A stretch of DNA of 64,000 nucleotides, taken from assembly GCA_026770705.1 (NCBI GenBank), contig JANJGN010000034.1, positions 6,324,001 to 6,388,000 on the forward strand, read 5' to 3'. Below are positions 43,601 to 55,600 of this stretch, in pieces. Every line of letters starts with the position of its first letter. Position 1 is the first letter of the stretch. This stretch comes from Isurus oxyrinchus (Eukaryota). Below the pieces are notes generated by a model. That model ran no database searches. It had not been told where the DNA came from and worked only from the letters and a program-made list of their open reading frames with translations. The position numbers were made by a program, and so were the translations under genes.

Positions 43601-46600
43601 AGCAAATTCAATGGCAGCACCCAATGGCGTGGTGAGAGGTCGAAGATGAAAACAAAGGACCGAATATTTTTGTTTTTCACTCAAAGCTTTTATAACAGCT
43701 AAAGACGTTCCTTTTCTCTCTCCAGAAATTGCGAATCTGAAGAAGGCTCTGAGGGCAGCAGGTCAGATAAAAGCTAAAACATCTGACATAACATAGGACA
43801 TATATATTTAACGCATAAATATATTTATATAGATAGATAAATAGTTGGACAAGCAAATAAACAGTCAGATAGACAGAAATATAGAAACATAGTTAGTAAG
43901 GCATGCAGGTAGTTATGTACTTAGGTAGATAGTTGTCTGTTTAAGAGGCTTCATAATATTTTAGCTTATTTCAATATGTGGAATTCGCTCCCACAAGGAG
44001 CAGCACTAGCTGAATAGCATAGAGGCATTTACATGAAAGCTAGTCAATTATGCGAGGAAAGAAAACTAAATAAAAAGGTTTTGCTGACAGAATTAGATAA
44101 CAGTACAAGCGACATAGCTCCTGCTGAGCATGCCCACAAGCATAAACAAATTGCAAAGCATTGTCAATTTCTGTGCTCTATTATATTACTCTATATAACT
44201 ATTCGAGTTATTAATGATGCTGCAATATTTTTTAATAGTTTATGATATGCAGGGGTCGCTGTCAAGGCGCCCGTGCTTAATCAACACCGTGAAGCGAGTA
44301 GGGAGCCGGCTTTTTTAACAGTAGCAATCTTCTGTTGTATTTTGTTAAAACTGGGTCGATATGTTCATCCACCAAATACATAGCGAGTGTGGTCCTAGTG
44401 TTTCAGGGCGTACACCACATCAATGGCCGTGATCGTCTTTCGTTTAGCCTTCTTGGTGTAGGTGACCGCATCTCTGATGAAGTTCCCGAAAAAATCCTTC
44501 AGCAACAGGCTGGGCTCCTCTTAGATCAGACCCGAAACCCGCTTAACATGCCATGGGCACTCCAGGAGGCTGTTGACTGTTTTGATGATTCCCGGGATCT
44601 TCTGGAGTGGGTTCACCTACTGCTCAGTTATGGAGGAATTTCAGGATTGTCCCGGCCACAGTGAATTAACGACGAAATAGTTCCAAATCAGCCTTGTGTG
44701 TAATTTGGAGGGCAAATTCAACCTGATGATACTTTAATGACTTTGTTTCCCTTGTTGCTCTTGACATTGGAGAGCCCTTGTTCGGAAGGTGTTCTTGCAT
44801 GGTGTCATGGAGTTGTTGCCGTGGCTCGTGCAAATGATACACAGTGTGTGTCGAATTTGGAGGCAATGAGTTCTTGAAGTCAGTGCTGGGGTGACAGTCA
44901 AGCGCATTGTTTTGGTCTTGGTGGTGTCGAGCACTCTCAGTTTGGTTCCAGTCAAGCAGACCTTCCACTCACATCCAAGATTCGTGACCAAAAATGGTGC
45001 ACTGTGATTTGGCAGTCACAAGGTGATTTACTTGCCTCAGAATATTTTGACCTTTTCTTGCAGAAACAATATGTTCTGCCACATTCAAGTTGGTTGTTTG
45101 CAATCCTAAATTTTTGCAATTAAATAAAATTGAACTTTTGTAATGCTAATGGTATTGACTGTTAAGTATTCCACAAGTGTGATGGAATTGAACATTAAAG
45201 AGGTGTGGCTTTCACGCCCTCTCAGGCGCACTTCCAGACCTATGTTTTACCCCACATCCGCATACATTTAGTTTTTCTAGTGAATGGAATAAGTACAATC
45301 CACTGAAACACATGTAGCTATATAATGCTGCTTAATCGCCGTACCTCCGCACAGATGCATTTGTCCTAAAACAACTGAGAATTGTTTATTGCAACAAGAA
45401 TGTTTCTATGCTCACCACCTCGAAAGTATCTCCACGCTGAACATTGTTTTCTCTCTTAATAAAATGAACAGAGGAGAAGCTGGCCAAATTAATGAAAGGC
45501 AAGTACCCATGTAAACACGCAGTATTGGGGAGGGGCTTGTTTCAGATGCTGACATGCCAATTCGGCATAATCGATCATTCCGCATCACAAAAAAAAACAA
45601 TTAATTTTAATTTCTAGTAGTGGGGTCCTCCTGTAATTTGATTCTATAAGATTATTTAGATTTTGAGTGGAAGATTAAAAAAGGGCCTTGTGTCTGGATC
45701 ATATCTTTAATTGATAGCAACAATGGAAATTAAATTCGAGTAATGGACATCAAGTGCGACACAGTCAGGCCTTCTCATGTCGGCGGGGCCATAAAATGCG
45801 GCGAGCTATACAAAAGCCCATTGGCGTTGGTGTTGCCAGAATCAAAAATTCTCGCTGGCATGTGGCTCCAAACAGGTGGGCGATCGGCAATTTCCTCTTA
45901 AAGGAAAGTTGATATTAGCTGCAGAGTTGGGGGCATAGGTAGGTGGCGGACTGTTGGAGGATGCTGGAGGGTGGGTGTGATTGGCTGTGATAGTATTCAG
46001 CAGTTAGATCAAAATAGCTGCTAACTGAAAAGACGCCTTTATGGTGCTGGCCCTGGTTTCTAATGGCCAGTGCAAACAATGAGTTACATTGAGACGGACA
46101 GGTGTGTAATCCAGGGTTTAGAGGCAGTGCAGTCTCGATTTTTCCCCTTTGCACTACAGTTGGGAAATACAGGCTCCCTCTGTGGATCAGAAGAAAAAAG
46201 ATATTGGACAAAGTGCATATCGGAACAACGTGAGGGATTCGAGAGGCTGCTGCTCTACTGGGCCAAGTGGTAAAGGACCTGACAGACAGAACTAAGAGTC
46301 TGGGGCAGCAGAGTGAATAACTGTAATCTAAATTAATATTAACAACCTCAAGGGTAAAAATAAATGCATTTACACGTGCATCAACAGCCAATTGTTCCAA
46401 AGGACAAGGGATGGAACAATTAAAGCTCTAATCAATGAACGGCGGGAGAAGAGGGGAGTTTGGTTCATGGGACACTGGCACCAACGCCAAGTAAAGAGGG
46501 AGGGTCTTTTTTATGAGGTGTTGGTGAGCCATGGGCAAGGCAAGCATTTATTGTGAAATAAGGAGGTCAATGATATTGCTCGTCATCTGTAATCACATTT

Positions 46601-49600
46601 AAGCCAGACCCGGAAAACACAGCAGATCTACATCCTAAAACAAATTGTTGAAATCAAACAGTTCCTTTCAATTCCAGGTTTTATTAATTCAATTTAAATT
46701 CAGAAGTTTTTTTGATCGTATTTGAATCCGACTCCCAGTGCATTTGCTAGATGTTCTATAATTGCTAATCTAGCGCCGTTGACATGTCGCCACCATCTGC
46801 CCTCAAACTGCATCTTCACTATTGTAATCAGCAGCACTTGAACAGGGCGCCTATACACGACATTGTGAACGGTATGACCAGGGCTGTTGACAGGGAATGA
46901 AAGTAAAATGAAATGTTGGGTGGACTATTGGAAGGAACATTTAGAAAACTCAAAAGAGAAGTTGAAGCAGAAGAACGGTACAGCGATTTGAATAAAGATA
47001 ATGACAGTGACACAGGAATGGATGGCGTTTCAACTGTATTCTTGTGTTAGCAAAAAGGTCCATGTAACTAATCGTGGTAAGTAAGAGATCAAAATATTTG
47101 TCTAATGACCATTACAGAGGCCTGATTAAAGTTAACCGAAGCTAGAAATTGAACATTCATTTGTAACAGACAGTATTTGTAACAGACAGGCAGCAGAGGA
47201 AAGAGGTAAAAAGTGAATAGCCTAGTCAGAGCATGGTTCCTGTTTGGATAACTCTTTGAGATAACCAGAACAACCAGGCTTGGCTGACTGCTTCCTTCTC
47301 AGGTATATGATTGAATCATTATATCATGAAATTAAGCAAGTTTGAAAAAGTTGAATTAATTAGATAAGGGATCACCAATGAATGGATATGTTTAATTTTC
47401 TTGTTGAACCTTATGTTGCATTGCAAGTACTTAATATAACTAAGTTGGTTTTCTCTTCAAAGCGTTCTGAAAAGCAGCAATGCAATATTGGGTGTTGAAT
47501 TCAGCTTCCAGGAAAGAAGGAATAATTGGGTTGATTGTGAAATTCCAGTCACAGTGCTGTTAACAACATTAAAAATTAAATCGACCGAGCTTTTATTCCC
47601 TAAAATTTGGAAGAATGAGAGCTGATCCCATAGAATCATAGCAAGTTCTAACAGGGCTTCACAGTGTAGATGCAGGGAGGATGTTTCCGCTGGCTGCTTT
47701 GGGCTGCAGGTCTTGAATCATGGGACTGTGTCTCAGAATATGGGGAAGGCCATATAGGACTGAGACAAGGTGGAATGCCTTCACTCAGTGCTCGGTTAAT
47801 CTTTGGAGATGTTTACCACGGTGGATTGTAGAGGCTCAGTCATTGAGTGTCTTCAATAATAAGATCGATATATTTCAACATTTTAAGGCATGAAGGGATA
47901 CGGGAATAATGTGATAAATTGGTGTTGAAGTAAAAATCCAGCCACGATCTCACTGAATGGCGGAGCAGGCTCAAAGGATTGAATGGCCGACTTATTCTCA
48001 TAGCTCATGCGTTCTCGTGTTCTTAATATAAGTACCATCACAGGGGAGCGGGGTTCTACTTCTGCATAGCAGTTCTGGACTCCTTCACGAGTCTGACCTT
48101 ATGTGGCTGTGTTTCCAATTCCCATTACCAGAGGCATAGAAATGCCTTCTAGTTAAATATTTGGTTCAGCCCCAGGCGAAATAAAAACATTTCGTGCTGA
48201 TGGCTTCACTCAACCCCCTGCCACCATACCCAGCAATGTCTAGCTCCCCAAAACACACACAAACACAAGCACCGCCAACTGTATGTAACTCTTTTGTTAA
48301 AAAAAGCAATTAAACTGAATTAACAAAATCTGTGAGGAAGTAAAAGGCAGCCCGTTAAAGGGAAACTGCAAAAACAAAAGAACATTTTTAATGAAAGCTT
48401 TCAAATATTAAACCAAAATGCGATCAAGGGTGTCCATAAAGTGCACCATTCCTTACAGTGCCCATGGAGCACGGAAGGGCTCGGCAGTGCTTGCAGAAAC
48501 TGTTTTTTCCCTCTCCAGGGGCACATGGCAATGAATGTAGCAACAGAAAATGGCTAGATAGTCAGGCCAGGCAACGCCCTCTATCGCCCACTGCCTGGGA
48601 ATATTGGATGGCAACTTGACCAGACACAGGAGCAAGTTCACGAAGAGTTGCTCATCCACCACACCCGCTTCTGCATGGGTGCTCAGAGATGAGAAGTGTG
48701 GGGCTGACATGCAAACAAAACAAAAGCAAAAGGTTTTTCAAGTAGCCAAAAAGGCTCTGCAACCAACTTCATGTAATTCTACCAATCTATTCGTACCGAA
48801 AACAAAAATACCTGGAAAAACTCAGCAGGTCTTACAGCATTTGTGGAGAGGGATATAGTTAACGTTTCGAGTCTGTATAACCCTTCATCAGAACTCAGAC
48901 ATATAGAAATTGGATGAAATATAAGCTTTTAGAATTGGCTGGGACAGTACAGCTGGACAGGAGGCCGGTGAGGGGGCCAAGAAATGACTAACAAAGATGT
49001 CACAGGCAAAATGAAAAAGGGGTATTGACAGTGGTGATATCTAAAGGATGTGGTAATGGTGACATTAAGGGAAGCAAGCTAGTGGCAGATGTCCCTTGTG
49101 TGGTTCCTAACATCGGTGCCATTATTGACTGGGACATGAGTCCCCAGTCAAACATGTGCCCTATAATAAAGGCCGACAATTTCCACCTTGATACAATTGT
49201 CCGGCATAATCCCGACTTTAGTACAAATGCTGGAGATACCCTTTTTGAAGATTTTGATATCTCTTGACTTGGGGATTCGAACGCCATCTGGGAGAGTGCT
49301 TTTATGCTGACATCTGCGAACTCCCGTCATTTACTCACACCAATGGCTGAATGACGTGATCACTGGCAGGCGGAGAGTTCTGCAAAAGGAATTCTGCAGT
49401 CACTGCAACTTTGATAAGAATTAATTGTGACTAATAGCGCTAAAGCCGACTTGCACAACGTCACCTCTCCAAAAGTGTGCTGGAGGGTGAGATATCCCAT
49501 CTCAGAAGCTGCAGGCACGAACAACAAAGCAATGGCGAGCTTGTTAAAAGATCACTCTTGAATTTGACAGTGGCAGGTGCCCCATCAGATGATGAATCGA

Positions 49601-52600
49601 TTGTAGTTAGTATTCATAGTGAAGATTAGTGCATCGTTGAGTCTGGCCAGGTAAGTCAACTTACACAAAAAAAGGAAAATATTGGAAAAACACAGTGGGT
49701 CTAGCAACATCTGTGGAGAGAGAAACAGCGTTAAAGTTTGGAGTCCGCATGACACTTCATAACAGCTGAAAAGAAATGAAAATATGATTCAATTTATACT
49801 GTTTATGGAGGTTGGAGCAGGTGAAGGTGGATAGAACGCCAGCGATATTTGGGGACAAGGAAGAGATTGACAATGATGTCATGAACTAAATGTCAAGGGG
49901 CATGTTAAAGGCAGTCATAAGGGTTAAAAAAGTTATTGTCAGTGGCAAAGGTAAGAAAGCAGAATGTGATAAAAGCAGAACAAGGGCCATCATTCTGTAA
50001 AAAGTGATAACTAAACATGAACAGTTAACAGATGGCCATTTTGGGGATGGCGTAGGGAAGAGGTCGGTGGTCGCAAAAACCATAGAAAATCTGACAGAAG
50101 GGGCATGAAAAAGAAGATAAAACCATGGATAAGTGAATAATCATAAAAAAGAGGTTAAAAAAGAAAAAATGAATATAGAAAAAAGGAAATTAAGAAAGGG
50201 GTGAGCAAAGAGTAAAGAGCTCATGGCCTGAGGTTCTTGAAGTCAGTGTTAAGTCCAGAAGACTGTAACATGCATAAAGTGAATTTAACTTTGATGTAAA
50301 ATGAAGCAAAAATGCTCTGGACGCTGGAAAACTGATATAAAAGCAGAAAAATATGGCGGCATTTGTGGAGGGGTGAAGCAGATTTAAAGAGGGTAGAAAT
50401 ATCATGGATTTTATTGTGTTGAAGAGAGGTGTTGAAGCAGGTGGAGCAAAATAGAAGGGCAGGGATAGGTGAGGTTTCCCGAGGGATTTGACGGTGATGT
50501 CACTGATAAAAGACGAAAGGACTTGTAGTGATATTATTAAAGGCAAATGAAGTTGATAATGGTGACATGAATGTCAGACAGCAGAATGTACTAAGGGCGG
50601 GGTATTGGCTCCCTGAAAGCAAAATTTAAGAACGAGTTGAAAACTGACCTGTAAGGGTCTTGGGAGAAGATTGCCAAATGAAGGGCAAATTTCATGGTCT
50701 GATGTACTTGTGGAGCTCAATGTTTAGTGATGAAGGCTGCACTGGATCGGATCAGATGATTCAGTGTTGTTGCCTCACTTTAAAAAAGCAAACTAGAATA
50801 GCAGCACATCATCCTATGTTTAGTCACTTCACCGGCTTCATGAGTTCACAAAATGTCTGCCATCGAACTCTGTCTTCCATGCTGATATTTTCTCCATCCC
50901 ACTTCCCCCACTTATATTTTGTTTTGAGAGCACGCTGACCCTTGTTGTGCCATTAACACATTCTGCTACGTGAACTTTAAGCAACCTCTGACACCTGCCT
51001 TAGTCTTCAACACTATCTGAACACTCCCTGTGTCTTGTACTTATGACATATTTGTCAAATCTCTCCTGGGTTTGTATGTAGATCCAGCAGATTCCATCCT
51101 GTTACTTCCACAATATAACATTCCTTATCTTTCTAGCCCTCTCCAGCTCTGAAAAAGAGACGTATGGAATCGAAAATTTAACTCTGTTCCTCTCGGCACT
51201 GAGGCCGCCAGGCCTACTCAGTTTTTCACGGCATTTTCAGTTTTTCTTTTAATTTTTGATTAATCTTTGCCAACCATGTCATACTTCATCCGTGGTAGGC
51301 GTTATTGTTTTAATGCAACAAACCTCCCTGCTTTCAACATTGAGGAATTATACAGTTATTACCTAATGCCATCCATATGACCTTCGCCATCAGAGCGAGG
51401 CAGGGAAGGCATTGAAGAATCACCAAATCTGCTACCAAATTCAGTGAGGCCGTCCATAATGCCCTCCAGCATGCAATATATGAGAGACGTCACCGGCTCA
51501 ACCCCAGCACTGGGAAGAGAAGAACGCCCAGACAGAATTGTGCTGTATGGGAGGAGGTGGCCAATGATGTCAATAAAGTTGATGTAGTGATGACGACTTG
51601 GCTCATATACCTCGAAATGTCGGTTGCAGATAGCTAGAAGTCTCCTTGCATTCCCTCGGGGCGGCATACATTCGCCTGCACCCAGTCCGAGGTTTTTTGG
51701 ATTCTCCCTGACCCTCGGAGTCAGCCGCTGCTCGATCCCTTTCATGAAGAACCTCAGCATCCTGAGTCTCCACCCCCTGTGCCCTTCTACCCCTCCTTCC
51801 CTCCTCCCCACTGGAAGCTGTGTCTCCAACTGGGAAAACATTCTCCGCCTGTCTCAGGCACATTTCACCTCTCAGGCCTGGGTAGTGGGCGGGAAAACAT
51901 TCCATCAAAAGAGCCCTCTGAACCGGAGAGGCGTGCTGCACATATGAAATATCCTAACGATTCCTTTGTCCATTCAAGTGAGCAGCCCCTGCAGTCAAAA
52001 GAGTTTGACAGGCAAAGCTGAGTATATGGTCTCTGCTGCCCTTCTAAAACCCGCCCATAGCAGTTGCACTTTTAAAAAAAAGATTCCCCACCTGTTGTAT
52101 TACGCACCCTGGAGGCTTATTATTGCCTTTTGGCTGTATCACTTCAATATCATTGGGATTGTATTAATTGAATTGACTTTTAAGTTGACATATAACTAAC
52201 GCGGGCCTATTGCCGACCTCTTGACACACCTGCCTGCCATATTATCGGAAATCTGGCGTGCGAACGTTGCAAACAGCGTGCAGGGTCATTACGCTCCATT
52301 ATGCTCTTCGCAAAGAGGGAAACGGTCCTGGTGTTGGAGGTTACATTTCTTCCACAAGCCTGGCTGAACCATTGCCACTATTCTGGAAAGCCTAGACTCG
52401 GGCCGGGAACAAATCCTCTTTTTCTTTTGAAATTGTCATAATCATGGTCTTCAGAGCACGCCACCTCTGCATCCCTACATAAATGTACAAACTACTGCAT
52501 CCCGCAGAACTTTGTGATATTTCTGCCCTGTGGAGGGCATCATTCATCCTAATCACTGCGCCATCGAGGAGTGCGCCTTCAGCTGCCTAGTCCTGATACC

Positions 52601-55600
52601 CTTGAAAAGCCCCATCTAAACACCTCCTAGTCTTAATCACTTATTTTATTTCCATTTAGATGTGTATTGAAAACTGCGCACATAACAAACCATTTAGCCA
52701 TTATCACTGATATTACCTTAGGTGGCAAGTCGCCAAATTTTGTTTAATAATGCAGAGGTTGATGTTGAAAGGTCTATCTAAATATGGACAGTCACTTTTT
52801 TTTTGAACACCGAGTATATTACTCACAAGTATCACGCATTCTGACTATTTTAATTGCTACTGTCGCTTCCCAACGGTCTGGTAATGACTACAGGTTGTTT
52901 CTAATTCATAAAGTGAATAACCTGATGAAAGACAAGAGTATAGGTGACGAAATAATAATACATTGCACCCGAATCCATTATTTGAATTTCACTTAGTCAC
53001 GCCATATAATGACTGTCCCCTGTCATATTACCAAATGTTTAATTAATTTGAATGCCCTTCACTGTTTTGATTGGTAGGTGTAGGCCAGGACTGCACAAAG
53101 ATGGGTAAGTAAACGGAATTGTTATCAGTCTTTGGAAAAACCCATCTTACAACACTTCACACTCGGTTCTGGGCAGCGAGCTTCAGGAAGCCTTCGCTCA
53201 AGTGCAACTCGAAATCGTCCGAATCAACTCTTATTGACCAAGGCAGGAATGGGGAGCAGTGGCTACAGAAATGTACATTGTCTTAACTCGCTGGCGAAAA
53301 AGAGGTTGGGTCTTTCCGATGGAAGATTTGAGAGTGCCGTTATGGAGAGATACTTTTCTCTCGGAAAAGTTTACAAATAGATTTAAGACTCCCAGGGATG
53401 GTATCAAGAGCCGCATCTTCACTCAAGGGGTAGTTGAGATCTATAACTCAGCCCTTTAAAAATCAGTTGAGGCTGGATGATAAATTTAAATTACAACATA
53501 TAGAACGCTTCATCTTTTGGGGGATTTAAATATCCTGTTAAGCCACCAAGACGGATAGGTTGAAGGGGCATGAGCATTAGCCATAAACACACTGAAGGAT
53601 GAAATAGACCGAGGGCGTGGATTGGCCACATCCTATCCCTGTGCAGAATATTTTAATTATATTTCTTCAAAGGCAAGTGCCTAAGGATTCTAATGGCAAT
53701 AGCTACCAATGAATGACATTAGTTGCAGTATTGGAGAAAGATGCAACGATGAAGGAGGACATTCAGCCCATTCGACCTCTGCCAGTTAATTGAAAAATGG
53801 CGTGTGATTAATCCATTCCCTCATAAGTGAGAAATGGTCGCTCACAAGCCTGCATCGTATACCTTTGAAATAATTTTGTGCAATGAATTCTATATCATAA
53901 TAAATTTCAGTCCCTTTTAAATGCACAATCCCACTTTTGTTCAAACCTGTTTCTCTTTATTCCACGAAAGTTTATTTCGTTGCTCCTCGTCCAAATGCTA
54001 AACACTTGACATGAAAGCATCGTGCAAATTAATCGCAAACTTGTCTAAAAACGTAGGCAGGTCACACATAAGAAACGCAAGGTGTCAATGTACAGGGACG
54101 CTGGTTGCCAAAGTGAGATTCAAATAGAAAGTTCTGCTAGCCAAATGAGTTTCGAATCTAACCTGATGCATGCTCCTATAATTACAGAGGAACAGTTACG
54201 AAAGAAAATGATTGGTAAGATCCAATGTTTCGTGGTTGTCATTTACTTTCATTTAGCAGAAGGTGCTGTCAAAAAGCACATTCTCCTCTCTTTCGCATGA
54301 AACTGAAACTTTTAGTTAGTTACGAGACTGATTTTTGCCAGAATGGGGGTAAATCCGCAAGAACTGAAACACATGCAATCACAAGAGCAATTACAGCGGT
54401 CAGAATGCTCTGGTCTATCCAGCCTGGGCCATATTGTTGCGGTGCTGCATTTATCATGTCATGTCCACTCCTCTGCTCCATAAAAAATAATTTGATCCCC
54501 TGGTCTGTGATGGGACCAACATAAAACCGATCAAGTTGCAATGGAGAATCTGGGAAATTCCTCTCTGATGCAAGCAATAAGCTTTGGAGGCCAATCTGCT
54601 TGGCATTCCCTGAAACACTTTAGAAAGAAAGGATGTCTTCCTCAACCAGAAGTACATACAGTTCTGGCTTGAAGGCATTGGACAAAAATATTGCAAAGCA
54701 ATGCTCATTGCATTGGTCCCCCATTCTCTTTGAAAAGAACCAGCACCTGAGATCTAACTTAGGCTTAGCCCAACGCCAATTAAAATGGTGACACCAACAG
54801 GCCACCTCAGGCTTCCCTCCAACACATGGAATGCAACAAGTGCCATATGAAACACAATTTTGCCGTTTTCATCATCACATAAACATTATCATTTTGTGAG
54901 TGTGCTTCGTACAGCGAGAGTGCACATTGTAAAGGGCGACAAATGGTGGGCCAACGGAAGTGAGGGGCACCCAAGGCCAGATCCAGAGGGTGGTAGAAGG
55001 ATATAGTGAAAGGGCCACAGAGGAACTTTAAACAGAAGGAGAAAATTCACTTCCGTGGCTGGAATGGAAACCAATGCAGGCCAATGAGCAGATGGTGATA
55101 ATGAGCGAGAGAGATCTGACGGGAGCTGGTATATGGTAGAAATATGTGTGCTATGAGATTCACAGTGGCTGGGAGGGCACTAGAAAAGTTGAGTCCATTG
55201 GCAAATTAAGTCACTCAATATGCTGTTAGCAAATATGTAAGCCATAAGACAGTCTGAATTCATGCGGAGTGAGAGACGAATGGGTAATATATTCATAGAG
55301 ATCTTGGGGCAATCGTTCCGTAGCCTGAACAGTACGAGTTAAGCATTGAAATCTCACTCATTTACGATCTGAATCCTCCCAGAGATATGTATAATCGCAT
55401 GCTTAAACAATGCAACATTTACTGCAATTTAAACTTGCATTGTGTATCTAGAACTTGAACACCTCAAAGTAAAGTGCCGTAAGTAACACCAAATATTGCA
55501 TAGTTAGAGTTGCCAAGGACGGGTTGGGGGTTGTAGATGCGGATGGTGACGTAGCGGTAATGGCACTGAAATGGTGACCCAGATGTCCAAGTTAATGGAA

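Noticed and set aside
44335-44664. 109-aa + strand ORF
   Set aside because: Antisense shadow of the histone H4 pseudogene.
46944-46976. 33-nt exon-like segment [11 protein letters not shown]
   Set aside because: No polypyrimidine tract, and it lies in an apparent CR1 RT remnant.
53078-53104. 27-nt exon candidate GVGQDCTKM with a gtaagt donor
   Set aside because: Weak acceptor, no heptad character, adjacent to a CR1 remnant; unresolved without cDNA.
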